Assembly (NCBI RefSeq): GCF_002214165.1
Contig: NZ_CP019964.1
Location: 210,001 to 242,000, forward strand
DNA: 32,000 bases
Direction of reading: 5' to 3'
From: Candidatus Saccharimonadota bacterium
GTDB lineage: Archaea; Micrarchaeota; Micrarchaeia; Micrarchaeales; Micrarchaeaceae
Below, piece by piece: positions 1 through 10,130 of the stretch; position 1 is the first letter of the stretch; each line of letters begins with the position of its first letter. The notes under the pieces were generated by a model that had not been told where the DNA came from, made no database searches, and saw only the letters and a program-made list of their open reading frames with translations. A program made the position numbers and the translations under genes.

Positions 1-1400
1 AATGGCTTAAGGCAACGGCTTTGGGGGGATTCAGGGAGGTAGGAAGGAGCAGCCTTCTGCTGGAAACACCGAATTCAAAAGTGATAATCGACTGCGGAAT
101 AAGCCCGGAGCCTGGTATAAAAGGGCTTGATGCAAATGCTGGATCGGAGGGCAACAAGGCATTCCCTTACCTGGACAGCGCCAACATAACGATGAATGAC
201 ATAGACGCGGTCATACTTACGCACGGCCACATGGATCATATAGGATTCGTGCCATACCTATTCAAGTACGGCTACGATGGGCCTGTATACTGCACCCCTC
301 CAACAAGGGATCTTGCAGCTCTTCTTCTTAACGATTACACAAGGCTGGTAGCCCATAGCGGAGGAACGCCTTTGTATGACGAGAAGGATATAAGGAAGAT
401 GCTTACGCATATGATAACAAGGGATTACAAAGAGGTAACGAATGTAACAGATGAGCTTAAGCTGACTTACCACAACGCAGGGCATATATTGGGAAGCGCA
501 ACGGTGCACCTTCATTACGGGGAAGGAATGTACAATATAGTGCACAGCGGTGATATGAAATACGGCTTCACAAGGCTATTTGACCCTGCCGCCACTGATT
601 ACCCAAGGATAGATGCGTTCTTCACGGAAAGCACTTACGGAGGGCCTCATGACATAACCCAGGACAGGCACGATTCAGAAAAGAACCTTATGTCGATCAT
701 AAAGAAGACTACGGACAATGGGGGAAAAGTGCTTATACCCCTCTTTGCAGTGGGAAGAAGCCAGGAGATACAGCTTGTCATAGAGTCCTACTTCAAGAGC
801 TACGGACTGGATGTTCCGGTTTATCTAGACGGAATGATAATAGAGGCAAATGCTATACACACCGCCTATCCAGAATACCTAAAGGAAGGGCTTAGGAGGA
901 AGATACTAAACAACAACTCGCCTTTCGAAAGTGAGATATTCGAAGTTATAAAGGGAGAGCGCGAAAACGTTATAGACGCGCAGGGCCCAGCAATAATACT
1001 CGCAAGCGGAGGAATGCTGAACGGAGGTGCGAGCGTAGAGTACTTCAGGAGGCTTGCAGGCGATGAGAGGAACTCGTTAATCTTTGTCGGTTACAACAGC
1101 GCAAACTCCTTAGGAAGGAAGATACAGAATGGTGTGAAAGAGGTCCCTCTGCCCGACCCTGATGGGAGATTCGTGCCTACGGAAGTCAAGATGGGCGTCA
1201 ATGTAGTGGAAGGATTCTCAGGCCACAGCGACAGGAGGCAGCTGATGGATTTCGCAAAGCACCTAACCGTAAGGCCAAAGAACGTGTTCACAATGCATGG
1301 AGAGGAATCCAAATGCGTTGACCTGGCGGACACCCTTGGAAGGGCACTTCATGCGAATGCAAGGGCACCTATGAATCTGGACACGATACGCCTCAAATGA
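1..1400 (+). CDS. aCPSF1-type beta-CASP / metallo-beta-lactamase RNase (archaeal CPSF73 homologue), 5'-truncated by the window edge
   Basis: The reading frame is open back to position 3 (WLKATALGGFREVGRS...). It has the HGHMDHIG (HxHxDH) MBL motif, and later the GHSD and MHGE motifs typical of beta-CASP enzymes. The N-terminal KH domains expected for aCPSF1 would lie upstream of the window. Confidence 0.85.
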   Translation, partial: WLKATALGGFREVGRSSLLLETPNSKVIIDCGISPEPGIKGLDANAGSEGNKAFPYLDSANITMNDIDAVILTHGHMDHIGFVPYLFKYGYDGPVYCTPPTRDLAALLLNDYTRLVAHSGGTPLYDEKDIRKMLTHMITRDYKEVTNVTDELKLTYHNAGHILGSATVHLHYGEGMYNIVHSGDMKYGFTRLFDPAATDYPRIDAFFTESTYGGPHDITQDRHDSEKNLMSIIKKTTDNGGKVLIPLFAVGRSQEIQLVIESYFKSYGLDVPVYLDGMIIEANAIHTAYPEYLKEGLRRKILNNNSPFESEIFEVIKGERENVIDAQGPAIILASGGMLNGGASVEYFRRLAGDERNSLIFVGYNSANSLGRKIQNGVKEVPLPDPDGRFVPTEVKMGVNVVEGFSGHSDRRQLMDFAKHLTVRPKNVFTMHGEESKCVDLADTLGRALHANARAPMNLDTIRLK

Positions 1401-1432
1401 ACTAATAGGATAAGTGGAAGGCATTGGGAATC

Positions 1433-1486
1433 GCCCTGTCCTTATAGGCAGGGCTTCTGCCATGTCTATTTTTGGATATTATTTTT
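1433..1486 (+). terminator. Stem-loop plus two T5 runs downstream of the aCPSF1 gene
   Basis: GCCCTG (1433-1438) pairs with CAGGGC (1449-1454), extendable by G-U and C-G pairs. T5 runs follow at 1469-1473 and 1482-1486. Oligo-T tracts are the usual archaeal termination signal. Confidence 0.4.
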
Positions 1487-1651
1487 AGCAATCGTCTTTT
1501 ACGAGCCTGCCTAATATTTTCATTATGCTCAGCATTATCGCAAGAATCCCCCTATTTCAGGATCCTTGATATCTTTCAAAATGGTCCAGATACAATTAAC
1601 TTTTTTATAAATCTTTATCTTTACAACACTTAAGCCCCAAGCAATACAGAA

Positions 1652-2038
1652 TTGGAAGCGAACTACAGTCTTGTGGCATCAGCCATATATGGCCTCGCAG
1701 GCGCAGGCATAGGCGATGTAGCCAATCCAGCAATTACCTATGTGCTTTCAGGCGGACAGGCAACATCCTTGCCTTATCTGGAGATTGTTAAGATAAATAG
1801 CCAAACCTACAGTGACTACAAGAAGCTTCTTTTACATTTTGGAAATGCATTCCTTAATAAATACGAAGACGAACGCAGGAGGAATCTCTTCATAATGACC
1901 ATGGCCAAGAAGGGGTACTATAAAGCGATTGAAGATCAACTTAAAGAGCTGTGCTTTGTCGAGATAGAAAAGATTTTTAACAAGGTGCAGGAATTAAAAG
2001 GCAGGCTCATAGATATAACAGATAATATACCATATTAG
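1652..2038 (+). CDS. Hypothetical protein (128 aa, TTG start)
   Basis: This is the only sizeable ORF between the aCPSF1 gene and rpoH, and it is on the same strand. A TTTTTTATAAA TATA-like element lies about 40 nt upstream. I recognise no motif. Confidence 0.35.
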   Translation: MEANYSLVASAIYGLAGAGIGDVANPAITYVLSGGQATSLPYLEIVKINSQTYSDYKKLLLHFGNAFLNKYEDERRRNLFIMTMAKKGYYKAIEDQLKELCFVEIEKIFNKVQELKGRLIDITDNIPY

Positions 2039-2166
2039 GAAAGTTGGTACTGAATTGCCTAAAATTGCAATTATGGATAAGATTACGATAAAAATAGTTA
2101 TGCCTAAGAATAAAAATAAACGATTTAATGCAAAAGTTATTTATTTATTTGTTTTAAAATAATTAA

Positions 2167-2418
2167 TTGCTGCCGGTGAACTACTTGTCTTCTAATCCAA
2201 TTTTAGTTGAAAAACATGTAATATTGAGCGATAGCGAAGCTGATGAAGTGCTCAAAAAATTTAAGATTACTCCTGATAAATTGCCAAAGATCTACGATGA
2301 CGATCCACAAATTCTGAAAGTAAAGGGCAAGCCAGGGCAAATAGTCGCAATTGACAGAGACGACGACGGCAAAAAGTATACATATTACAGGCTTATAATC
2401 AAGAAAGGCAGCATATAA
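2167..2418 (+). CDS. rpoH: DNA-directed RNA polymerase subunit H (Rpo5/Rpb5 C-terminal domain homologue)
   Basis: The size (about 80 aa), its position directly upstream of rpoB, and the sequence HVILSDSEADEVLKKFKITPDKLPKI...DPQ...GQIVAI.R are typical of RpoH. The start is ambiguous (TTG 2167, GTG 2176 or TTG 2185). Confidence 0.85.
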   Translation: MLPVNYLSSNPILVEKHVILSDSEADEVLKKFKITPDKLPKIYDDDPQILKVKGKPGQIVAIDRDDDGKKYTYYRLIIKKGSI

Positions 2419-2446
2419 TCCCTGTAGTTTTAAGTAGGTTGGTACA

Positions 2447-3907
2447 ATGTATAATGAACACGAAATTCTCGAGTCTTACCTTAAGTCTACATCCATAGCC
2501 CAGCAGCAGATAGATAGCTATAATAGATTTATAAGCATAGGCATAGGCAAAGTAATAGAAGCCAATTCGTTGGTAGAACCAGATGTCGCTGATTTTGCGA
2601 TAAAATTCAAAGGCATACGTTTGGAAACACCTATGGTAATAGAGTCGGACAGTTCAATAAAGAAGATTTATCCACACGAGGCGCTTGCAAGAAACCTTAC
2701 ATACTCCGCTCCGATGTACCTTACATATGTTCCAGTGATAAGTGGAATAGAGAAGCTTGATTCACAAGATGAAGCGTATGTAGGCGAATTGCCCATAATG
2801 GTAAAGAGCAACTTATGCTACACAAAGAATATGTCAAGGAACCAGCTGGCAATGGACCACGAGGATCCTGATGACCCTGGCGGTTATTTCATAATTAAAG
2901 GCACTGAGAGAGTACTAGTAGGGATAGAGGACCTTGCACCTAACAGGATGTTTACCTCAAAAGAAAAAGATATGTATTCGACCAGGATTTTCTCAACTAC
3001 TCTCAGCTTCCGCTCAAAATGCACGGTAAACAGGGACGAATATGGGATATACACTCTATTGTTCCCAACACTGTCAAAGGGCATTGACCTGATTTTGGTA
3101 CTGCACGCATTGGGGTTGTCCAATGACGAGATACTGGCATCAGTGTCGAATGCAGATGTAAAAAATGACCTAATGGTAAACATAGATGTGAGTGAGTCAA
3201 AGGACCTATCGCAGAAAGAAGCCATAACCAAATTGGGAAAGGACACCGCGCCCAACCAAGCAGCGTCTTATCAGGAAAAAAGGGCGGAGATGCAGCTTGA
3301 CACCTATATACTTCCGCATCTTGGCTCCGCTCCAGAAGTAAGGAAAGAGAAAGGACTGTTCCTTCTCAAAATGGCAGAGCGCTCGTCACTGCTTGCCTAC
3401 AAGTACATAAAGCAGGATGACAGAGACCACTATGCCAACAAAAGGATTCGCCTTGCAGGCGACATGATGGAAGAGCTGTTCAACACTGCATTCAGGGCTT
3501 TCGTCAAGGACGTGAAGTACCATATAGAGCGCACGACAGCGAGAGGAAGGAAGTTGACGGTAAAAACGAACATCAACCCTGACAGCCTTACGGACAAGAT
3601 ATTATACTCAATGAGCACAGGATCATGGCCTGCAGGGCAGACAGGAGTATCGCAGGTGCTTGACAGGATGAACATAATGAGCACATTTGCGCATATAAGG
3701 AGAGTAAAATCCCCCCTGGCAAAGAAGCATCCTCACTTCAAGGCAAGAGACGTACACGGGACGACGATAGGAAAGATATGTCCTAGCGAAAGCCCAGAAG
3801 GTGGTGAGGTAGGGCTTACAAAATACCTTGCTGTAATGTCAAAGGTAACTGTGGGTGCCGATGAGAATTTCCTGCAGAATAAGCTGAAAGAAATGAAATT
3901 AATCTGA
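2447..3907 (+). CDS. rpoB2: DNA-directed RNA polymerase subunit B'' (N-terminal half of split subunit B, Rpo2N)
   Basis: It carries the conserved Rpb2-type block GGYFIIKGTERVLV and the HFKARDVHGT..GKICP.ESPEG region. It ends 10 nt before the B' gene. Confidence 0.93.
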   Translation: MYNEHEILESYLKSTSIAQQQIDSYNRFISIGIGKVIEANSLVEPDVADFAIKFKGIRLETPMVIESDSSIKKIYPHEALARNLTYSAPMYLTYVPVISGIEKLDSQDEAYVGELPIMVKSNLCYTKNMSRNQLAMDHEDPDDPGGYFIIKGTERVLVGIEDLAPNRMFTSKEKDMYSTRIFSTTLSFRSKCTVNRDEYGIYTLLFPTLSKGIDLILVLHALGLSNDEILASVSNADVKNDLMVNIDVSESKDLSQKEAITKLGKDTAPNQAASYQEKRAEMQLDTYILPHLGSAPEVRKEKGLFLLKMAERSSLLAYKYIKQDDRDHYANKRIRLAGDMMEELFNTAFRAFVKDVKYHIERTTARGRKLTVKTNINPDSLTDKILYSMSTGSWPAGQTGVSQVLDRMNIMSTFAHIRRVKSPLAKKHPHFKARDVHGTTIGKICPSESPEGGEVGLTKYLAVMSKVTVGADENFLQNKLKEMKLI

Positions 3908-3917
3908 TGGTGATATA

Positions 3918-5759
3918 TTGCCAAGTAAAAATAATGCCTCTGTAAATGAAAAATGCCCAGTTTACCTGGACGGCAAATTAATCTCTTATGTAAAGGACGG
4001 TAGCGAATTTGTAAAAGAGATAAGAAAGAACAGGAGAATGGGATTGATATCAAACGAAGTTAATGTCTACTACAATGCCAAGATCAATGAAGTACATGTA
4101 AATGCAGATAACGGAAGAGTAAGGAAGCCCTACATAATCGTGAGTAACGGCAAAAGCCTTTACACTCCGGAGCTCAAGGAAAAGCTTAAAAAAGGAGAGA
4201 TAGATTTCAATTACCTAGTCCATCACGGAGTGATAGAGTACTTGGACGCAGAGGAAGAAGAGAACATATACTGTGCCCTTTCAGAAAAAGACATAACGGA
4301 AGATACCACGCATCTTGAAATAGAGCCTTCGATAATGTTCGGAGTTACAGTAAGCAGCAGCGTTTTCCCTGAATTCAACAATGTAGGAAGGCACCCAATA
4401 GCATGGAACTTCATGAAGCAGTCGCAGGGTTTTTACGCAACGAACTTCAATTACCGGTACGATGCAAGAGCATTTCTGATGTATTACCCTCAAGAGCCTC
4501 TGGTAACGAGTTCCGCATACCGCTCATTGAACCTGAGCAAGCACCCTGCAGGCCAGAATTTCGTGGTGGCATTGAGCACCTATTATGGTTATAACATAAA
4601 AGACGCATTAGTCCTAAACAAGGCTTCTGTGAACAGAGGTTTGGGAAGAAGTGTATTCTTCAGGACTTACTCTGACGAAGAGATAAGATATCCTGGAGGC
4701 CAGCAGGACAAGTTTGTAATACCTCCAGCAACATCGGAAGGTTATAGGGGAGAGCATGTCTATGCAAAGCTTGGAGAAGATGGGATAGTAGAGCCTGAAG
4801 TTGATGTCGAGGAAGGAGACGTTATAATAGGAAAGGTATCCCCTCCAAGATTCCTGGAGGAGCAGACGAGCTATGGTGTCAGCGAAGAAAGAGTGAGAGA
4901 CAATTCAGCCGAACTGAGGTCTGGTGAGTCCGGAGTGGTAGACAGCGTATTGCTGAGCGAGAGTCCAGGAGCCACAAAAATAGTTAAAGTGAGGATAAGG
5001 GGCATAAAGACGCCCGAGGCTGGAGACAAGTTTGCAAGCAGGCAGTCGCAGAAAGGGGTAACAGCATTGCTGGTACCTCAGGAGGATATGCCATTTACAA
5101 AAGACGGGATAATACCTGATCTTCTTCTTAATCCAAACAGCTTGCCTAATAGAATGACATACGGGCACATGCTTGAGATGCTTGCCGGAAAGGCAGGATC
5201 ATTAGAGGGTAAGAAGTTTGATGGAACCGCCTTTAGTGCAAATGGGTCTGACTTGGTGAAGGAATACGGCCGTATATTGCAGTCCCATGGGTTTGAGGAG
5301 TACGGGGACGAAGAGTTTTACGATGGAAGGACAGGAAAGAAGTTCGATGCGAAGCTGTTCACTGGAGTGGTATACTTCCAGAGGCTATGGCATATGGTAA
5401 GCCTGAAGATACAGGTAAGGAGCAGAGGGCCTGTCCAGATATTGACAAGGCAGCCTACGGAGGGCAAGCCTCGTAAGGGAGGGCTGAAGTTCGGAGAGAT
5501 GGAACGTGAAGCCATAATAGGCTATGGCGCCAGCTTGGTCCTAAAAGAGAGGATGCTGGACCAAAGCGACAAGGCCCCTGTATGGATATGCAAGAGCTGC
5601 GGAGATCTTGGTTATTTTGATTACATAAAGAATACTGCGGTATGCCCAACATGCGGCAGCAGCGACCTTGAAGAAGTTGAGATAAGCTATGCATTCAAGC
5701 TGCTCATAGATGAGCTCAAGTCGATGCACATACTGCCAAGGATAAAATTGAAAGGTTGA
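3918..5759 (+). CDS. rpoB1: DNA-directed RNA polymerase subunit B' (C-terminal half of split subunit B, Rpo2C)
   Basis: It has the GDKFASRQSQKGV motif (Rpb2 GDKFASRHGQKG), GGLKFGEMERE, and a C-terminal zinc ribbon CKSCG...CPTCG. The start is TTG. Confidence 0.93.
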   Translation: MPSKNNASVNEKCPVYLDGKLISYVKDGSEFVKEIRKNRRMGLISNEVNVYYNAKINEVHVNADNGRVRKPYIIVSNGKSLYTPELKEKLKKGEIDFNYLVHHGVIEYLDAEEEENIYCALSEKDITEDTTHLEIEPSIMFGVTVSSSVFPEFNNVGRHPIAWNFMKQSQGFYATNFNYRYDARAFLMYYPQEPLVTSSAYRSLNLSKHPAGQNFVVALSTYYGYNIKDALVLNKASVNRGLGRSVFFRTYSDEEIRYPGGQQDKFVIPPATSEGYRGEHVYAKLGEDGIVEPEVDVEEGDVIIGKVSPPRFLEEQTSYGVSEERVRDNSAELRSGESGVVDSVLLSESPGATKIVKVRIRGIKTPEAGDKFASRQSQKGVTALLVPQEDMPFTKDGIIPDLLLNPNSLPNRMTYGHMLEMLAGKAGSLEGKKFDGTAFSANGSDLVKEYGRILQSHGFEEYGDEEFYDGRTGKKFDAKLFTGVVYFQRLWHMVSLKIQVRSRGPVQILTRQPTEGKPRKGGLKFGEMEREAIIGYGASLVLKERMLDQSDKAPVWICKSCGDLGYFDYIKNTAVCPTCGSSDLEEVEISYAFKLLIDELKSMHILPRIKLKG

Positions 5760-5768
5760 GGGGTTGTC

Positions 5769-8291
5769 ATGCAAGCTGAAATTATAGATAGTATAAAATT
5801 TACAACTTTAAGTCCAGACACGATAAAGAAGATGAGCGTAGCAAAGCTTATAGTGGCCGATACATACAATGAAGACGGCTATCCAATAGACGGAGGGCTT
5901 ATGGACCAGAGGCTTGGAGTCATAGACCCTGGGCTCAAGTGCAAGACCTGTGGAGGAAGAGCAAAGAGCTGCATGGGCCATTTCGGGCACATAGAGCTGG
6001 TAAGGCCGGTGATACACCCGGAGTTCGCGAGATTCATATACATGCTTCTGCAGTCAACATGTGAGAAGTGCAATAGGGTAATGTTGAGCAAGGAGCTTGC
6101 AGATGACGTAAGGTCCGCATTGAAGGAGATAAACCTGAACGCAGACGAGCAGAAGGAAGAGCTTCTCTTCAATGACATAGTCAAAAAGCTGAAGACGCTT
6201 AAGAAATGCCCTTACTGCGGATCGGACCAGCATAAGCGCAAGTTTGAAAGGCCTACATTCTTCTACCTTAACGGTGAAACACTTAAGCCGGATACGATAA
6301 GGGATTGGCTTGCAAATATACCTGACGAGGATTTGGTAAGCATAGGGATAGACCCAAATGCAACAAGGCCCGAATGGCTCATACTTAGCGTGCTTCTAGT
6401 GCCTCCAGTAAATGTGAGGCCTTCAATAACCCTGGAGTCGGGAGAGAGGAGCGAAGACGACCTGACGCACAAGCTCGTAGAGATTATGCGTATAAACGAG
6501 AGGCTTTCGCAGGATATAGATGCTGGAGCCCCACAGATAATAATAGACGACCTTTGGGAGCTTCTTCAATATCACGTTACAACATATTTCAACAACGAAA
6601 CGCCTGGAGTTCCGGTAGCAAGGCACAGGAGCACAAAGCCTCTGAAGACATTGGCGCAGAGGCTTAAGGGCAAGGAAGGAAGGTTGAGGTATAACTTAAG
6701 TGGAAAGAGGGTCAACTTTTCAGCAAGAAGCGTCATATCTTCGGATGCAAGCCTTACAATAAACCAAGTGGGAGTGCCGATGAAGATAGCGTCTGTGATG
6801 ACAATACCACTTTACGTAACTAAGTGGAATATTGAGGCGGCAAAGAAGTTTATCCTGAATCCAGATTATCCAAAAGCGCTTAATGTGATATCAAAAGGTG
6901 GCATAAGGAAGAGGGTCACGGAGACAAACCGCGAAGACCTTGTCGCAAGCTTAGAGCCTGGAGATGTAGTGGAGAGGCAATTGATGGACAACGACTTAGT
7001 CCTGTTCAACAGGCAGCCTACGCTGCACAGGCTATCGATAATGGCCCATAGGGTAAAGGTGATGCCCGGAAAGACGTTCAGGATACAGGTTTCTGCAGCA
7101 TATCCTTATAATGCAGACTATGATGGGGACGAGATGAATCTTCACGTGCCTCAGACTCTAGAAGCGCAGGCGGAAGCGATGTACATGATGCAGCCCAAGA
7201 ACCTGATGCTCAGTGCAAGGCACGGCCAGCCGGTCTTCTATGCAGAAGAAGATGAGATAGCAGGAGCGTACTTCTTAACAAAAGGCGACACCTATTACAC
7301 AAAGGATGAAGCAGCCTTGATGCTCGCCTATATAGGCATATTTGATCTGCCAGACGAATCAGAGAAAGGGCTTTACAATGGAAAGGATATAATCTCAATG
7401 CTGTTCCCAAAGGACTTCAATTTCACGGGAAACAACATGAAGGGGCAGGTTATAATAAAGAATGGGAAGCTTATAGAGGGAATACTTGATGCCAGGATGA
7501 TAGGGGAAAAGGGATCAACCCTTATATCAAAGCTATTCATAGACTACGGGCCCGATTTCATAGAGAGGTTCATACTGAATCTGACAAAGATCTCATTGAG
7601 GGCAATTTACAAGAGAGGCTTGACGGTAAGCGTCAAGGACTACATTGTGAGCAACGAAATGATAAGTGAGAGAGATAGAATAATTAAGGAAGTGGAGGAT
7701 AAAGCGAACAAGATAACAGAAGAGTACAACGACAGGACCCTTGAATCATTGCCGGGATACACAAGGAAGCAGACCATGACCACGCTTCTGTTTGCACAGC
7801 TCAGTGAAGCAAGAGACATAGCAGGGAAGTACCTCAATAGGACAATGAACACGACCAACAATGCCTTCCTTCTTGCATCAATAGGAGCAAGAGGTTCAAT
7901 AATGAACGTTATACAGATGAGCATGCTTCTTGGACAGCAGTCGGTAAGGGGAAAGAGGCCGTCTAGAGGTTATTCAGGCAGGGTATTGCCTTACTTCCGC
8001 AAGAACGACAAGGACCCCCGCGCGAAAGGTTTCGTCACGTCATGTTTCTTTGAGGGGCTTACGCCTACGGACTTCTTCGAGCACGCAATGGGAGCAAGAG
8101 ATAGTGCAGCGACAAAGTCGCTGGTAACGGCAGTCAGCGGTTACATGTACAGGAGGCTGGTAAACGCGATGATGGACTTCTACATAAGCGAGGACAAAAG
8201 TGTCAGGGGATCAGGGATGGAGCTTATCCAGCCACTATATGGAGGAGATGGAATAGACCCTATGTACGTCAACGTGGAGCCCAGCAAATGA
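5769..8291 (+). CDS. rpoA1: DNA-directed RNA polymerase subunit A' (Rpo1N)
   Basis: The N-terminal zinc motif [18 protein letters not shown] and the catalytic [10 protein letters not shown] motif are present. Confidence 0.95.
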   Translation: MQAEIIDSIKFTTLSPDTIKKMSVAKLIVADTYNEDGYPIDGGLMDQRLGVIDPGLKCKTCGGRAKSCMGHFGHIELVRPVIHPEFARFIYMLLQSTCEKCNRVMLSKELADDVRSALKEINLNADEQKEELLFNDIVKKLKTLKKCPYCGSDQHKRKFERPTFFYLNGETLKPDTIRDWLANIPDEDLVSIGIDPNATRPEWLILSVLLVPPVNVRPSITLESGERSEDDLTHKLVEIMRINERLSQDIDAGAPQIIIDDLWELLQYHVTTYFNNETPGVPVARHRSTKPLKTLAQRLKGKEGRLRYNLSGKRVNFSARSVISSDASLTINQVGVPMKIASVMTIPLYVTKWNIEAAKKFILNPDYPKALNVISKGGIRKRVTETNREDLVASLEPGDVVERQLMDNDLVLFNRQPTLHRLSIMAHRVKVMPGKTFRIQVSAAYPYNADYDGDEMNLHVPQTLEAQAEAMYMMQPKNLMLSARHGQPVFYAEEDEIAGAYFLTKGDTYYTKDEAALMLAYIGIFDLPDESEKGLYNGKDIISMLFPKDFNFTGNNMKGQVIIKNGKLIEGILDARMIGEKGSTLISKLFIDYGPDFIERFILNLTKISLRAIYKRGLTVSVKDYIVSNEMISERDRIIKEVEDKANKITEEYNDRTLESLPGYTRKQTMTTLLFAQLSEARDIAGKYLNRTMNTTNNAFLLASIGARGSIMNVIQMSMLLGQQSVRGKRPSRGYSGRVLPYFRKNDKDPRAKGFVTSCFFEGLTPTDFFEHAMGARDSAATKSLVTAVSGYMYRRLVNAMMDFYISEDKSVRGSGMELIQPLYGGDGIDPMYVNVEPSK

Positions 8292-8301
8292 GGTACTTAA
8301 T

Positions 8302-9360
8302 ATGGCAACAAAGAAAGAAGATGAAACATATATAAAGGATGTCAAAGTGCAGTATGGCGAACCTGTGGGTGTGGTGGCAGCACAGTCAATGGGAGAGCCT
8401 TCAACACAGATGGTATTGAGGACGTTCCACAGTGCAGGTATAGCAACAACCATATCATCCGGTTTGCCCAGGGTAATAGAGCTTGTAGATGCAAGGAAGA
8501 AGCAGGCCTCCCCTACAATGACAGTGCAACTTGAGCCCAAGATAAGGAAGGACTATGATGCAGTAAAGAAGCTTGCCAAAAAGTTCCAGGAAATACGCAT
8601 AAGGGACGTTATCTTAAAGCATATCGAGAATCTTAAGGAGTCCAAGCTTGAGCTGGTGCTAAGCAAATCCAAGATGGAGGACAACCTGCTTACCGAGGAG
8701 ATGGTTATAGAGAAGCTGAATAAAAAGTTCAGCGGAATCAGCATAGAAAAGAAGAGCAACCACCTGATAATAAGCCAGAAGAAGCCGAAGGACATACATT
8801 CTACGCGCATAGCGTTCGTACATATAATGGATTTCCAGCTATCCGGAATAAAAGGCATAAACAAGGCAGTGATAATGCAGAATGATGACGAATCATTCTA
8901 TATATTCACGAGCGGCAGCAATATATCCGAAGCGATGCAGCTGGACGGGGTTGTACCTGAAAAAATATACAGCACAGATCCATTTGATGTGCTTAAATCC
9001 TATGGGGTTGAGGCAGCAAGGAATGCGATTGCATACGAGCTTAGGAATACGATGCAGCATGAAGGGGTAAAGGTTGATTTCAGGCATATGGGGCTTATAG
9101 CTGATTCAATGACCCTGACCGGAACCATAATAGGAGTAGGCAGGCACGGGCTGGCAGGGACAAAGGCATCGGTCTTCGCGAGGGCCGCATACGAGGAAAC
9201 GGTGAAGCACTTCGTAAACGCAAGCATATTCGGCGAATCAGACCTTCTGAAAGGTGTATCGGAGAACGTCCTGATAGGAAAGCAGATACATGTAGGTACA
9301 GGTCTTGTGAAGCTTGCGATAAAGAAGGATGATTTAAAGAAGATAAAAGCGGAGGAATAA
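8302..9360 (+). CDS. rpoA2: DNA-directed RNA polymerase subunit A'' (Rpo1C)
   Basis: It has the [16 protein letters not shown] trigger-loop region block and directly follows A'. Confidence 0.93.
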   Translation: MATKKEDETYIKDVKVQYGEPVGVVAAQSMGEPSTQMVLRTFHSAGIATTISSGLPRVIELVDARKKQASPTMTVQLEPKIRKDYDAVKKLAKKFQEIRIRDVILKHIENLKESKLELVLSKSKMEDNLLTEEMVIEKLNKKFSGISIEKKSNHLIISQKKPKDIHSTRIAFVHIMDFQLSGIKGINKAVIMQNDDESFYIFTSGSNISEAMQLDGVVPEKIYSTDPFDVLKSYGVEAARNAIAYELRNTMQHEGVKVDFRHMGLIADSMTLTGTIIGVGRHGLAGTKASVFARAAYEETVKHFVNASIFGESDLLKGVSENVLIGKQIHVGTGLVKLAIKKDDLKKIKAEE

Positions 9361-9420
9361 TAGGTAAATATTTATTCTTTGTTTTTTAATTAAGTAAGTT
9401 TTAAAGATTAAAGTGAGCAA

Positions 9421-9669
9421 ATGATGAATGCAAACGTAAATTTTACACAGGAAAGGCCATTTGACTTGTTGAACAAATCGATAGGAAAGCAGGTGCTGGT
9501 AAGGCTGAAGAACAATCTCAGCATAAGAGGAAAGATAACATCGTTTGACGCACATATGAATATAGTGATGGACGGTGCAGAAGAACTTGACTCAAGCGGA
9601 GAGCTTAAGGCCAAATTGGGCATAATACTGCTTAGGGGAGGGAATATAATATTTGTCTCTCCTACTTGA
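9421..9669 (+). CDS. Sm-like (LSm / SmAP) RNA-binding protein
   Basis: An Sm1-like block VLVRLKNNLSIRGKITSFDAHMNIVMDGAEE and an Sm2-like block ILLRGGNIIFVSP are present in an 82-aa protein. Confidence 0.85.
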   Translation: MMNANVNFTQERPFDLLNKSIGKQVLVRLKNNLSIRGKITSFDAHMNIVMDGAEELDSSGELKAKLGIILLRGGNIIFVSPT

Positions 9670-9688
9670 ACGCTTAATTAAATTTTGT

Positions 9689-9776
9689 GGGCTCTTGGCA
9701 CAACGGTAGCGCGCCTGCATGGCATGCAGGAGGTTGCGGGTTCAAAATATAAATAATGAAAATCCCGCAGAGTCCA
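9689..9776 (+). tRNA. tRNA-Ala (anticodon GGC) with a 16-nt insertion (putative intron) in the T-loop
   Basis: Manual cloverleaf: acceptor GGGCTCT/AGAGTCC includes the G3:U70 Ala identity pair. The anticodon arm is CCTGC-ATGGCAT-GCAGG. The T-stem GCGGG (9736-9740) / CCCGC (9764-9768) encloses 23 nt instead of 7. The D-stem has one A-C mismatch. Confidence 0.8.
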
Positions 9777-9778
9777 CC

Positions 9779-9790
9779 TTTCTTTTTTTT
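9779..9790 (+). terminator. Oligo-T tract (TTTCTTTTTTTT) immediately after tRNA-Ala
   Basis: A T8 run at 9783-9790 lies directly 3' of the tRNA. This is the typical archaeal termination signal for the LSm/tRNA unit. Confidence 0.5.
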
Positions 9791-10096
9791 ATCTTTCAAT
9801 TTAAATGCGAAGGCGGAAAGAAAAATGCAAGCCCAAGCTAATTTAACTAGAACTTTTACCTGTAATCCAAACATTGGAAGCTTAAACCGGACAAAACCAA
9901 ATTGCAATACGCCTTATTCAAAACCCCCATTAGCAATTTGCAGAGGAGGATTAGGATTAAATTAATAAAAATATTGAAAATTTGTTAAAAATAATTAAAT
10001 TTTATTAATGTTATTCAAAATAAAACAGGGAAAAGTATTTATATAAGTTAATGACAAGTAAATATGCGCGTGTTTTTAAACACCACACCATATCCA

Positions 10097-10121
10097 CCCT
10101 GCATGCAGAAATGCATGCGGG
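10097..10121 (-). terminator. Hairpin downstream of the malic enzyme gene
   Basis: On the minus strand the sequence is CCC-GCATGC-ATTTCT-GCATGC-A-GGG (9 bp with one bulge). It starts 10 nt after the stop codon. No strong oligo-T tract follows, so this call is weak. Confidence 0.3.
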
Positions 10122-10130
10122 ATTATGTTC

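Noticed and set aside
3899-3925. Possibility that the B''/B' boundary is a frameshift or stop mutation splitting a single rpoB (a pseudogene).
   Set aside because: The split falls where naturally split archaeal B subunits divide. Both halves are intact with conserved motifs, and B' has its own TTG start 10 nt after the B'' stop. This is the normal split-gene arrangement of many euryarchaeal-type lineages.
258-9227. Many 60-125-aa ORFs on the minus strand or in alternative frames inside the aCPSF1 and rpoB/rpoA genes, for example 258-545, 2884-3255, 3733-4053, 5879-6184, 7640-7924, 8235-8540 and 8553-8864.
   Set aside because: All are fully embedded in long ORFs with unmistakable conserved motifs. 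Their translations are low-complexity or Cys/Ser/Leu-rich, as expected for antisense frames, and none has its own promoter-like context.
9674-9965. ORFs 9674-9907 (minus) and 9756-9965 (plus) in the region after the LSm gene.
   Set aside because: They overlap the tRNA-Ala gene and its oligo-T terminator. The translated products (for example FFFLSFNLN) are homopolymer-derived. The region is better explained as a tRNA plus non-coding spacer.
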